64,000 nucleotides of DNA from an uncultured virus (IMG/VR IMGVR_UViG_3300031787_008607) (taxonomy: Duplodnaviria; Heunggongvirae; Uroviricota; Caudoviricetes), in IMG/VR virus record IMGVR_UViG_3300031787_008607, positions 1-64,000 of that record. One strand, 5' to 3'. The position numbers and the translations under genes are program-made. Below, piece after piece: positions 31,560-42,108 of this stretch. The notes below the pieces were generated by a model. It did not search any database and had not been told where the DNA came from. It saw only the letters and a list, made by a program, of their open reading frames with translations. Position 1 is the first letter of the stretch. Each line of letters starts with the position of its first letter.

Positions 31560-31916
31560 TTATCTCAATTTTCTGAGTTCATTTTTAATTGACTCTTCTA
31601 TCAAATCATCTGATTGTTCTATATCAAGATATATATTGTCGTATTTGTAATTAAGTGAATCCATCGCGTTGGAAATAAGATTGGTCAAGAAAGATTTAAG
31701 TTTACCCATTCTACCATCTTTAATATCAACATTTACATCGACAAAGACACTTCCGAAAACAATATTACCTCTCATCCATTCTTGTTTAGACGGATAAGCA
31801 TCAATACGATTAATCCTAATATTAGGAAGATTAAAACCTTTATCCTGTTCAAACTTTGACAAGGCTTTAGGTAATATCCTTTCAATATGATTTTTTAAGT
31901 GTTCTCCGTATGTCAT
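31560..31916 (-). CDS. Hypothetical protein
   Basis: ORF; TATTTAT upstream. Confidence 0.6.
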   Translation of the reverse strand: MTYGEHLKNHIERILPKALSKFEQDKGFNLPNIRINRIDAYPSKQEWMRGNIVFGSVFVDVNVDIKDGRMGKLKSFLTNLISNAMDSLNYKYDNIYLDIEQSDDLIEESIKNELRKLR

Positions 31917-31956
31917 TTTCTTATTATATAAATACTTATAGTAAAACAAATATACT

Positions 31957-32553
31957 ATGAGTTACACAAAAGAACAAATTGAAACTGCGGTAAAATCAAA
32001 AGGTTATGTATGGTTTGAAGATACTGCTAATAAAGGTTACGATGTTAACATCGTTGGAATCAGAAACACTTCAACTGGACAAAAGGTTACAAATGCTTTT
32101 GATGATTATTTAACTATTTCTTACAAAGAGAATGGACAATGGAAATGTCACGTTTGGCCAGCAACAACTGACCCAGGTAAGAAAGGTGTAATGGAATACC
32201 ACAACAAAGATGGTGTTGCTCGTTTGGTTGAGGGACAATATCGTGGTTCACACATTATCAGATTACACCAAGGTAAGTACGAAGCTTTGGGACAGGACAG
32301 ACCTGTTAAAGTTTATCGTGACTCTAACCGTGATATGACTTATGATGAGAATAAAATCACTGAAGGTGTTTATGGTATTAACATTCACAAGGCAGGTGCT
32401 GATTCAACATATGTTGAGAATTGGTCTGAAGGATGTCAAGTGTTTAAAAAAGCGGCTGACTTTGAAGAGTTCATGAAGATTTGTCGTAAGTCAAAAGACA
32501 TTCACGGAAATCGTTTTACATATACATTAATTGAAACAAAAGACATAGTATAA
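31957..32553 (+). CDS. Putative L,D-transpeptidase-fold (YkuD-like) cell-wall enzyme
   Basis: GINIH...WSEGCQV His/Cys motif. Confidence 0.6.
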   Translation: MSYTKEQIETAVKSKGYVWFEDTANKGYDVNIVGIRNTSTGQKVTNAFDDYLTISYKENGQWKCHVWPATTDPGKKGVMEYHNKDGVARLVEGQYRGSHIIRLHQGKYEALGQDRPVKVYRDSNRDMTYDENKITEGVYGINIHKAGADSTYVENWSEGCQVFKKAADFEEFMKICRKSKDIHGNRFTYTLIETKDIV

Positions 32554-33065
32554 TGGATATTAATCAAATTAAAACAGGTGACGTTCTACATTGTCGTGGA
32601 CGTAAGTTAATTAGTAAATTAATTCGTTGGGCAACCAAATCACAAATTAATCACACTGCATTATTCATATGGTTATGGGATGAACTTTATGTTATTGACG
32701 CTCAGGATAACGGAGTTAACGTAAAACCATACCAAGCTTGGGTAGATGAATACAAGTATGACTATGTTGTTATGAGAACACCAAAGAGAATTGCTGAGAA
32801 GACATTAGCAACTAAAGCAATGAGTAAGGTTGGGTTAACTGCTTATGACTTCGAGGGATTGTTATTTAAACAACCTGTTGAATTATTAACTGGTAAGTGG
32901 AACAAGAAAAAAGAGAAACGAGAAGAAGACAAGATGTATTGTTCGGAGTTTGTTGCTTGGGTTTACGGGTTAGACGATTCATATAGAACATCCCCAAAGG
33001 ATTTTTTAGACTATTGTTTAAAGAACAATTGGGAAGAAATTTACAACACAGGTATTAAATACTGA
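32553..33065 (+). CDS. Permuted papain-like NlpC/P60 (YaeF/YiiX) protein
   Basis: GDVL, NHTAL, YDF, YCSEFVAWVY. Confidence 0.8.
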   Translation: MDINQIKTGDVLHCRGRKLISKLIRWATKSQINHTALFIWLWDELYVIDAQDNGVNVKPYQAWVDEYKYDYVVMRTPKRIAEKTLATKAMSKVGLTAYDFEGLLFKQPVELLTGKWNKKKEKREEDKMYCSEFVAWVYGLDDSYRTSPKDFLDYCLKNNWEEIYNTGIKY

Positions 33066-33113
33066 TTATATAACCAATAATTAAGTTTACAATCTAATTT
33101 ATTGGTTATATAA

Positions 33114-34130
<1,017 letters not shown>

Positions 34131-34157
34131 TTTATAGTCATACTGATATTTATTGGT

Positions 34158-34457
34158 ATGACAAAACTAAACGAACAACTTGGAAAAATTAGACTTATGA
34201 TGGGAGTTATCAGAGAGTCTAAAGATGTGTCAGAACCTTACGATGAGAAGCCTGATACTGATTACAATGACGATGTTCATGGTGACGATATGAAAGACCA
34301 TCCATCTTTCAAACAGAAATTTGATTACATCGATGAGTTGGAACAGATAATGGAGAAATGGACTGATGAATACAAAAGAAGTATTAACTGTAATGCTCCA
34401 AGAGGTTTCAGTCAAAGAGCTCATTGTGATGGAAGAGCTAAGAAGAAAAGAAAATAA
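34158..34457 (+). CDS. Hypothetical protein with leader and C-terminal Cys micro-domain
   Basis: KWTDEYKRSINCNAPRGFSQRAHC. Confidence 0.7.
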   Translation: MTKLNEQLGKIRLMMGVIRESKDVSEPYDEKPDTDYNDDVHGDDMKDHPSFKQKFDYIDELEQIMEKWTDEYKRSINCNAPRGFSQRAHCDGRAKKKRK

Positions 34458-34462
34458 ACATT

Positions 34463-34490
34463 AAAAAACCCCTCATTTGAGGGGTTCTTT
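34463..34490. terminator. Bidirectional terminator between convergent genes
   Basis: AACCCCTCA/TGAGGGGTT. Confidence 0.7.
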
Positions 34491-34897
34491 TATTTATTCA
34501 TTATTGTCGTTTCAGGACGGACACTACCTTTTATTCTTACAACTTTGACAGGTTCGTTTACTGCGTTAGACCAAATAGTTACTGATTTGTTAATTGGGCC
34601 TTCTCTTTTAGTATCGTATTTCACTGTCATGGTATAAGTTCCATTTGGTAATATTGGTATTTGAGAACATACAGGTACTGTACAACCACAAGAACCTTTA
34701 CAAGTTGTTATGTTCAGTGGTTTGGTACCAGTGTTTGTTAATATAAACTCACAAATTGCTGGTGAACCAAACTCAACACTACCGAAGTCATGTACTTCTT
34801 TATCCACCACGATGAATGCTCCGTCTCTCTCAGTTTGTTGAGATAAACCAATAACTGAAACGAGGAATAATGAAAGGGTAATTAAAATGGTTTTCAT
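34490..34897 (-). CDS. DUF1573 Ig-like secreted protein
   Basis: HDFG..., NTG..PL.I, SCGCTVP, PILP. Confidence 0.85.
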   Translation of the reverse strand: MKTILITLSLFLVSVIGLSQQTERDGAFIVVDKEVHDFGSVEFGSPAICEFILTNTGTKPLNITTCKGSCGCTVPVCSQIPILPNGTYTMTVKYDTKREGPINKSVTIWSNAVNEPVKVVRIKGSVRPETTIMNK

Positions 34898-35106
34898 AAA
34901 CCGTATACTGCTCTGTATTTTGTTCCGAGCAATTCTTTTGCTTTGTTTATTGCTTCGTCTTTGGTTTTAATTCCCTTCTGAATTGTTTTCTTTGAGTGGT
35001 AGATAATGAAATCTATTGAACCACCTTTTGGACTTGGTGGAGTTGAATAGATGTCGTAAAAACCTACTTTACATTGGTAAGAACCTTTTGCTGAACCTTT
35101 TGCCAT
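34894..35106 (-). CDS. Hypothetical protein
   Basis: ORF. Confidence 0.6.
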   Translation of the reverse strand: MAKGSAKGSYQCKVGFYDIYSTPPSPKGGSIDFIIYHSKKTIQKGIKTKDEAINKAKELLGTKYRAVYGL

Positions 35107-35159
35107 TTTGTTTTATTTTTTATTTGTTTGTATAAGTTTAATAGTAAAAATTGATATAA

Positions 35160-35477
35160 TCAATTGGGAAATGGTATTTCTAAATTAGCGATGAACTTAT
35201 AAATTGGTGAACCTAAAAATATAACACTCTTCAATTCGTTATTAAATTGTGATTGTACCCATTCATTAAACACTTCAATTACCAATGCTTTTGGGACAGA
35301 GTGTAAGGTTGAAATTGTTTTAATGAATTCTTTATTACCGTAAGCGTATTTAGTTGAGTTTATCACACAAATAGGTAATTCCAAAGATGAAACTTTTAAA
35401 AAATAGTAACTACCATCATTTAATTTTTCAATATTTTGGGATTCAATAAATTTCTTTATCTGTTCTTTTATTAACAT
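35160..35477 (-). CDS. Hypothetical protein
   Basis: ORF. Confidence 0.6.
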   Translation of the reverse strand: MLIKEQIKKFIESQNIEKLNDGSYYFLKVSSLELPICVINSTKYAYGNKEFIKTISTLHSVPKALVIEVFNEWVQSQFNNELKSVIFLGSPIYKFIANLEIPFPN

Positions 35478-35594
35478 CCTATAAAAATCATTGATACAAC
35501 TGCAACCAAGGCAACAAGTGTAAAGATTACGGATTCTATTTTGTCGCTCTTTTTCATTACTACAAATGTAATGATAAAAACTTATACTGACAAA

Positions 35595-36113
35595 TTATTT
35601 TCTCTTATTTGGTGAAAATTCTTTTATAGTTCCCCAAAGTACATTAACTTCTTGAATTTCAGAATCGGTAATAATATCACTAACTTCTTTTCCATAGTAA
35701 TAATCAAAATTACCATCATTTTGTGAAAGTTCTATAATTGGTGTCACAGAATGTTTTGAATAACTGGTTATCGTATTTCTATATACCGTTTCAACATATT
35801 GAACACGATTTTCAGAAACATCATAAGTATATTCTTTAGGTTCAGGTATCGTTAAATCGGCAAATGCTTTATTTGTGGTAATTTTATCAACATTTAATAC
35901 ATAAAGATTAAAAATGAAATCTATATCAATATAATCTAAATTTTTTCTTCCTGTTCCAATAGCAGAATTAATTGCCGACTCAAAAGTTTCTACAATATAT
36001 GAATGCTCTATATCGTTTAATACAATTTTTTCACCATCAAACGATGTTTTAGCAACATATAGGATTGTGTATAATAACTTTTGACTTAATGATTCTAAAT
36101 ATGATTTCTCCAT
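35595..36113 (-). CDS. Hypothetical protein
   Basis: ORF. Confidence 0.65.
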   Translation of the reverse strand: MEKSYLESLSQKLLYTILYVAKTSFDGEKIVLNDIEHSYIVETFESAINSAIGTGRKNLDYIDIDFIFNLYVLNVDKITTNKAFADLTIPEPKEYTYDVSENRVQYVETVYRNTITSYSKHSVTPIIELSQNDGNFDYYYGKEVSDIITDSEIQEVNVLWGTIKEFSPNKRK

Positions 36114-36197
36114 GTGATTAAATATATAACATAAATATATAAAATAAAAGTATTTATATTATAATGAATTTGAAGGACAAATTCTATAAATTTGAAT

Positions 36198-36527
36198 ATG
36201 ATTTTAACTGATAAAGTATTAAATAAACTTTTCAATTCGGAATATATTAAAAATATATATCCGATGATTGATAATATTGATGTTAATGTTGATTGGGATG
36301 GTGACGACGCTTTTCCTTTTTATAGACTTCATGTTACTGTTAAGTTAAATGACCCAACGATTAATGAATATAACATTTATGAAAAAGGATTTGACCCACA
36401 TTATCTTTATAAATATCATTTGAAATACCTTCTTAACTTTTTAAATGTTAATTTAAACACGGCACTTATTGAACAAGTTTTTATTAAAGTCTTAAATCCT
36501 GATGGGGAAGAGATAGTCAAATATTAA
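36198..36527 (+). CDS. Hypothetical protein
   Basis: ORF. Confidence 0.65.
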   Translation: MILTDKVLNKLFNSEYIKNIYPMIDNIDVNVDWDGDDAFPFYRLHVTVKLNDPTINEYNIYEKGFDPHYLYKYHLKYLLNFLNVNLNTALIEQVFIKVLNPDGEEIVKY

Positions 36528-36531
36528 TTAT

Positions 36532-37338
36532 ATGAACCTACAAGAACAAATATCGGGTAATAGAATAATGAACAATACAGGACAATTAAATGAGATACAA
36601 TTAAAAGTATTCAATAAAGTTTTAAATAAACTGTTATCCCAAAATTTCCCTTGGTGGTTTGAAGGTATTGAAATATTTCGTGCTGGATTTAATCATGGTC
36701 AGAAAAACTTGTATATGGATGGAAATATTTATGTTGATGCTGATTGGATAGGTGAGCAGTGGATAAAATATAATGATTATAAACCAGTACCTGAATTTGG
36801 GAATTATTACGATGACTATTCTTTTGGTGATTTGATTGGAATAAATGACGGATGGATTGATATTCTCAAAGAAATATTTCTATCAGTATTTAATTCAATA
36901 CACGGAGGGGATTACCCTAAATACCTATCATTTAGTTGGCTTAATGTTAAACCTGTTGAAACAAAAAAAGAAGAAGATATGAGTGAGAATAATTTCTTAA
37001 AAGAACATATAAAAAAAGTATTAAGGGAGGAGACGGGTGAAAGAACCAAACTTGAAAAGGTTATCACTAATGTTATCAACAGGACATTAGCTGAAAAAGA
37101 ATTACCTGAAAACTTCCATAGTGTTGTTGTTGATGTCTACGGAACAAATTACGGAGATGGTTGTATGATAACTTTATTGATGAAAAGGCCTTATAGTGAA
37201 GAAGAATCTGAAATGTTGTTTGATGTTACTAGAGAAGCTAAAAATTTAATTAAATCGTTCTTCAAAGAACATTTCCTTTATGGTATTAGTATTTCAACAT
37301 CAACTATTGAAAATTACATGAAGATGACAAGTGATTGA
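36532..37338 (+). CDS. MNLQE-leader protein, two fused modules
   Basis: Internal second leader LKEHIKKVLREE. Confidence 0.7.
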   Translation: MNLQEQISGNRIMNNTGQLNEIQLKVFNKVLNKLLSQNFPWWFEGIEIFRAGFNHGQKNLYMDGNIYVDADWIGEQWIKYNDYKPVPEFGNYYDDYSFGDLIGINDGWIDILKEIFLSVFNSIHGGDYPKYLSFSWLNVKPVETKKEEDMSENNFLKEHIKKVLREETGERTKLEKVITNVINRTLAEKELPENFHSVVVDVYGTNYGDGCMITLLMKRPYSEEESEMLFDVTREAKNLIKSFFKEHFLYGISISTSTIENYMKMTSD

Positions 37339-37349
37339 ATATTAATTAT

Positions 37350-37658
37350 ATGAACCTACAAGAACACATAAGAAGAGTATTAAAAGAGGAAACTGAAAAG
37401 TTTGATAAGGTGGAGCATTTTATGAAAACTGCTAATACATTATTCAGCAAACTAAAATTTAAGGCAGTTAAACGTGTTGAGTTTGATTATGACGAAAGGA
37501 TTGAAGGGTTTATTGTTAATGTATTTTATGATAGACAATATGCGATAGATAATCCCAAAGGTTTCAATAAAGTAAAACAAGGATTTATTAAAGAAATTGG
37601 TTCAATCATTACAAAGTTTTTCCCATTCAAATTTTATATTTATTTACATGACGACTAA
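37350..37658 (+). CDS. MNLQE-leader hypothetical protein
   Basis: MNLQEHIRRVLKEE. Confidence 0.75.
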   Translation: MNLQEHIRRVLKEETEKFDKVEHFMKTANTLFSKLKFKAVKRVEFDYDERIEGFIVNVFYDRQYAIDNPKGFNKVKQGFIKEIGSIITKFFPFKFYIYLHDD

Positions 37659-37667
37659 TTATATAAT

Positions 37668-38429
37668 ATGAACTTACACGAACACATAAAAAAAGTATTA
37701 AGAGAAGAGGTTAACAAAAAGTATTTGAAACCGAGTGAAAAATCCGAGAAATTTATTTTGGATAGATTGAATAGTATGGCTTCAGGTGCTGAAATATACC
37801 ACGTTGAAAGTTATAAAACAAGACATGATTTTGAGTTTTGTAAAAATGGGAAACAAATAATGAATCTCGCATTGTTCTTTGAAGAAACTGACGATAATAC
37901 CCCAACGTCTGAAAGACAATTTGAATCTTCAACATTATCAGTACAAGAAGATTTTGTTGGTGGACTATTAGGGGCGTTTCCTGTTAGAAGAAATTATCTT
38001 TATTATATAATTGAAGAATGGTTTGAAGATACTTTTTTAAGTAAAATCTCAGATATGATAGGTAGAAATGATATATCTGTTGAAGAATTATCATTTAATG
38101 ATAGGTCATATACGTGTGTCCCACCAATTAAAGAAGTACCTGAAGGAGTTTCTCAAGACGAGATGATTAAGGTTATTATGAACAATACACTATGGCGTAA
38201 AAAAGATTTATTGGCGTTAGAAGAAAGAGAACCTGGGTCTATAGAATTTATGTATTTACAAAAACTTCGTAATAATGAGGTTAATAGATTAGATGGTGGT
38301 AATCCAATGGGGGAAAGCGAAATAAAAGAAGGTGAATTAACTGAGAAATGTTGGAAAGGATATACTCAAAAAGGAATGAAAACTATGTTTGGTAAGAGAT
38401 ACCCCAACTGTGTTAAAAAGACAAAGTAA
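37668..38429 (+). CDS. MNLQE-leader protein with C-terminal CWKGY...PNCV micro-domain
   Basis: Leader plus Cys motif. Confidence 0.75.
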   Translation: MNLHEHIKKVLREEVNKKYLKPSEKSEKFILDRLNSMASGAEIYHVESYKTRHDFEFCKNGKQIMNLALFFEETDDNTPTSERQFESSTLSVQEDFVGGLLGAFPVRRNYLYYIIEEWFEDTFLSKISDMIGRNDISVEELSFNDRSYTCVPPIKEVPEGVSQDEMIKVIMNNTLWRKKDLLALEEREPGSIEFMYLQKLRNNEVNRLDGGNPMGESEIKEGELTEKCWKGYTQKGMKTMFGKRYPNCVKKTK

Positions 38430-38842
38430 TGAACCTACAAGAACACATAAGAAGAGTATTAAGGGAAGAACTATATTCTCCATCAGGAGATGAATATACA
38501 CCTGGTAAATTTGTTGTTCATAAATCAAATCCTATATGGAGAGAGAACATAGAACTTAAAGGTTTACAAACGTATGTGGGTGATTGTTACCAACAACATG
38601 TTGGAGGTGATGTGGAATGTAAGCCATCAATATTTGCAACAGATTCATTAGATAAGAAACAAATATTTGATTCAACCTATGATGATGACATATGGATTAT
38701 TGATACAGAATGTGCGGGTGTTACTTGGTATAAAGATAGACATTTTGAGGGTGGTGACTACAAACACCATATAGTTACATTTGATAACATATCACCTGAT
38801 TGTTTAAGATTAATACATAAAGGAACAGGGAAAAGTAATTAA
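38429..38842 (+). CDS. MNLQE-leader protein, possible ADP-ribosyltransferase-like fold
   Basis: VHKS...I..KGL...IFAT...WIID pattern. Confidence 0.5.
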   Translation: MNLQEHIRRVLREELYSPSGDEYTPGKFVVHKSNPIWRENIELKGLQTYVGDCYQQHVGGDVECKPSIFATDSLDKKQIFDSTYDDDIWIIDTECAGVTWYKDRHFEGGDYKHHIVTFDNISPDCLRLIHKGTGKSN

Positions 38843-38843
38843 C

Positions 38844-39464
38844 ATGAACCTACAAGAACACATAAGAAGAGTATTAAGGGAAGATAAAAAGAGTAAATTC
38901 ATTATGGATATTGTTGATAAACATGGTGTTTATAAGACGGCAGAAATGATGGGTGTGAGTCTGACCTATTTATACAAAATGTCTGATTTAAAAATTGATG
39001 AATTTGTTGCTAAAGAACTATTAGCTGAAAATATTGTAAATGGTAATTTACCTGCAAAATATAAAGGATTTGAAATTGAAATAAGTAGTGATGATGTGTT
39101 TTATTGGACAAGACAGTTTAAATCGGGACACTATCCACCTAATGTATTAGAAAAAATATGGGTAATGGCAACACCTTTTTTCGCAACTGCTGATTATACA
39201 CCCGTTGAACTTGATTGGTATGGATTAGAAGATGACTCAAATAAACCTAATGTAGGAATATACGATACAAGTGGTGATGGTGATTATTTTGTGGAACTTA
39301 CACATAATACACATAATGGTAACTATTTTTTTAATAGTGTTGATAATTTATTTGATTGGTATAATACGTTTTATTTACCAGGAGTGTATGAAATAATCTT
39401 GGATAGATTCATACCTCAAGTCCAAGAAGACACAGACGAGAGACTTAGAGATAAAAATACTTAA
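38844..39464 (+). CDS. MNLQE-leader hypothetical protein
   Basis: ORF. Confidence 0.75.
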   Translation: MNLQEHIRRVLREDKKSKFIMDIVDKHGVYKTAEMMGVSLTYLYKMSDLKIDEFVAKELLAENIVNGNLPAKYKGFEIEISSDDVFYWTRQFKSGHYPPNVLEKIWVMATPFFATADYTPVELDWYGLEDDSNKPNVGIYDTSGDGDYFVELTHNTHNGNYFFNSVDNLFDWYNTFYLPGVYEIILDRFIPQVQEDTDERLRDKNT

Positions 39465-39517
39465 GATACGGACTTAGGACCGTTGTAGTTTAGGCTACAT
39501 TAACCCCATTGAATTCG

Positions 39518-40252
39518 CTACTCAGTGGGGTTTTCATTTAATATCTCTTCCACCCCTTCAAACACGGGTAGTTCGGTTCCACCAGTTCTGAGTACCTTAT
39601 GATTTAAGACCTCTTCCACCATGCGGAGTGGTTGGGCGATGCAAGAAGATGTTGTGGATACCTTATGATTTAAGACCTCTTCCACCTTGGAATATTGAGT
39701 GTTACATACTCTCAGAGTTGTGGATACCTTACTATTTAATACCTCACCCAACTTAGAGCTTGTCGTGTGGCGAAACGCACAGGTTGTGGATACCTTACTA
39801 TTTAAGACCTCTTCCACCCTTGAAAGAGGATGTAAGAACGTATGCCGCGTTGTGGATATCCTATGATTCAAGACCTCTTCCACCAACAAAATGGAATACC
39901 AACCGTATTCCTTTGTTGTGGATACCCTATGATTTAAGACCTCTTCCACCCTTGAAGTTCTTTTGTTACCTGGGTTCACTGTTGTGGATACCCTATGATT
40001 TAAGACCTCTTCCACCCAAGAAGCGAGTATTGGTTCAAAATCTTCACGTTCCAAAGAAAAAATGGTGAAGAAACTTGGAAAAAAACTATACCTCCAATAC
40101 AATGTACCAGTGTTTTCAAATTCAAAATACCAATACTTTTCTTCTCTATTAATTAACCATATTGAATCTTTATATGGGATTATCTCCGCATTACCTAATT
40201 CTTTGTATAGTTGTTTGAATACAACCTGTTTTAATCTATCAGTTACTTTCAT
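39518..40252 (-). CDS. Array-bearing protein 1: conserved ~80-aa domain plus (VEEVLNHKVSTT + 10 variable aa) units
   Basis: ORF; paralog of three other genes. Confidence 0.8.
   Translation of the reverse strand: MKVTDRLKQVVFKQLYKELGNAEIIPYKDSIWLINREEKYWYFEFENTGTLYWRYSFFPSFFTIFSLEREDFEPILASWVEEVLNHRVSTTVNPGNKRTSRVEEVLNHRVSTTKEYGWYSILLVEEVLNHRISTTRHTFLHPLSRVEEVLNSKVSTTCAFRHTTSSKLGEVLNSKVSTTLRVCNTQYSKVEEVLNHKVSTTSSCIAQPLRMVEEVLNHKVLRTGGTELPVFEGVEEILNENPTE
39519..40016. repeat. CRISPR-like array 1: 36-bp repeat x7 plus partial, 7 unique 30-bp spacers, inside ORF
   Basis: GTTGTGGATACCTTATGATTTAAGACCTCTTCCACC-type units at 39585, 39651, 39717, 39783, 39849, 39915, 39981 (period 66). Confidence 0.9.
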
Positions 40253-40253
40253 A

Positions 40254-40979
40254 TTATTTTTGATTTAATACCTCATCTACCGATTCCGCTCTTCTTGAGA
40301 TGTATTCTTCCGTTTTGGATACCTTACGATTCAATATATCTTCCACCAAAAAGTTTCCTTCACCTACGTCACGGACTGTTTTGGATACCTTAATATCCAA
40401 TACCTCTTCCATCTCAAGATTACCTCTTGGGTGGAGATACTCCGTTGTAGATACCTTACGATTCAATACCTGTTCCACCAAATAGTTGTTAGATAAGGTC
40501 ATGTTTTTTGTTGTGGATACCTTACTATTCAATACCTCTTCCATCATATCATTCGAAGTGAAACTGAATTGCTGAGTTGTAGATACCTTACTATTCAATA
40601 CCTCTTCCACCCCTCGCTTAAAATTTCTGAAACGGCTTGCAGTTGTGGATACCTTACTATTCAATACCTCTTCCACCCCGCCATCCATGACATATTGCGT
40701 GCTGTCAGTTGTGGATACCTTACTATTCAATACCTCTTCCACCCAAGATGAAATAATTGGTTCAAAATCTTTGGACTCCAAAGAGAAAAAAGAAAAGAAA
40801 GATTTGAAATAATCATATCTCCAATATAAACATCCACTTTCAGTTAGTTGGAAATACCAGTATTTTTCTTCTCTATCAATAAACCAATAACTGTATTGGG
40901 TAGGGATAATTTCCACATTACCTAATTCTTTATATAGTTGTTTGAATATGAGTTGTTTTAATCTATCCGTTACTTTCAT
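40254..40979 (-). CDS. Array-bearing protein 2
   Basis: ORF; same architecture. Confidence 0.8.
   Translation of the reverse strand: MKVTDRLKQLIFKQLYKELGNVEIIPTQYSYWFIDREEKYWYFQLTESGCLYWRYDYFKSFFSFFSLESKDFEPIISSWVEEVLNSKVSTTDSTQYVMDGGVEEVLNSKVSTTASRFRNFKRGVEEVLNSKVSTTQQFSFTSNDMMEEVLNSKVSTTKNMTLSNNYLVEQVLNRKVSTTEYLHPRGNLEMEEVLDIKVSKTVRDVGEGNFLVEDILNRKVSKTEEYISRRAESVDEVLNQK
40258..40743. repeat. CRISPR-like array 2: 7 repeats plus partial, 7 spacers
   Basis: Repeat starts 40312, 40378, 40444, 40510, 40576, 40642, 40708. Confidence 0.9.
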
Positions 40980-41733
40980 TTTCTTTTTTGTTGTTTAATG
41001 CCTTTTTCACCCAAACACTATTTAATACTTCTTCCACTGACCTTTCGGAAAATAAGGAATTATTTTTAGTTGTAGATACCCTACTATCTAATACTTTTTT
41101 TACCTTTCTTTTTTGGGTGGCGTCTACTTCAAAAGTTTCGGATACCTTATGATTTAATATTTCTTCCACCCCGCAGCGTTGAAGACCTTCAAAACCGACT
41201 GTTGTGGACACCTTACTATCTAATACCTCTTCCACCTGCTGGTAGTATGCTCCACTCCATGATTCAGTTGTGGACACCTTACTATCTAATACCTCTTCCA
41301 CCGAAGTTTGTTGTCTTCTAGCGGAAAGAGGGGTTGTGGATACCTTATGATTTAATACCTCTTCCACCTCGTGATGTGCTCGGCCAATGGGAAATTCGGT
41401 TGTGGATACCTTATGATTTAAGACCTCTTCCACCTGAAGTAAGCGGTGGGCCAATGTATTACCTGTTGTGGATACCTTATGATTTAATACCTCTTCCACC
41501 CAAGAAGATATTATTGGTTCAAACTCACTCTGTTCCAAAGAGAAAATACTGAAAAACGATGGGAAGAATGAGTATCTCCAAAATAAACATCCCTCTTTAG
41601 ACAACTGAAAATACCAATAACAATTTTCCCTATCAATGAACCATACAGAGTCTTTATATGGGATTATCTCCACATTACCTAACTCTTTGTATAGGTGTTT
41701 GAATATGAGTTGTTTTAGCTTATCTGTAACCAT
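40963..41733 (-). CDS. Array-bearing protein 3
   Basis: ORF; minus-strand TATCTTTG promoter 4-5 nt before ATG. Confidence 0.8.
   Translation of the reverse strand: MVTDKLKQLIFKHLYKELGNVEIIPYKDSVWFIDRENCYWYFQLSKEGCLFWRYSFFPSFFSIFSLEQSEFEPIISSWVEEVLNHKVSTTGNTLAHRLLQVEEVLNHKVSTTEFPIGRAHHEVEEVLNHKVSTTPLSARRQQTSVEEVLDSKVSTTESWSGAYYQQVEEVLDSKVSTTVGFEGLQRCGVEEILNHKVSETFEVDATQKRKVKKVLDSRVSTTKNNSLFSERSVEEVLNSVWVKKALNNKKENESNG
41015..41500. repeat. CRISPR-like array 3: 7 repeats plus partial, 7 spacers
   Basis: Repeat starts 41069, 41135, 41201, 41267, 41333, 41399, 41465. Confidence 0.9.
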
Positions 41734-41769
41734 AAGCACAAAGATACTAAAAAACTTTGAAAATACAAA

Positions 41770-42108
41770 TTAATAATCAGTTGGTATTTTTAACGACCAT
41801 TGACTGTATAATTTATGATTGGTCATATTACCCCCCAAGTTCAGTTTTTTCTTGACCCATTGTCCGATAACTGATTCAGCTTTATACGACTCTATAGAAA
41901 AGAATGAAGATACTTTTTGAATTAATTCAAAATAGATAAAACACAACTCATCATTACGATGTCTACCACCATATTTAATCTGAGCAAACCAATCGTCTGA
42001 ATTTACAAAGTATGTACTGGCACCTTTTTTAAGGATATCAAAATTCTGGCTATCAAGAAACTTGAGTATTGCTTTATCTAATTGTGATTCTGTGATTAAA
42101 TATTTCAT
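41770..42108 (-). CDS. MKYLITES-leader family protein
   Basis: Leader plus shared ~90-aa domain. Confidence 0.75.
   Translation of the reverse strand: MKYLITESQLDKAILKFLDSQNFDILKKGASTYFVNSDDWFAQIKYGGRHRNDELCFIYFELIQKVSSFFSIESYKAESVIGQWVKKKLNLGGNMTNHKLYSQWSLKIPTDY

Noticed and set aside
39760..41552. Plus-strand ORFs with LWIPYDLRPLPP repeats
   Set aside because: Antisense shadows of the 66-bp periodicity, broken by stops and lacking a conserved N-terminal domain.
39518..41733. Diversity-generating retroelement explanation for the variable segments
   Set aside because: Spacers differ at all base types rather than at adenines of one template, and no reverse transcriptase is visible.
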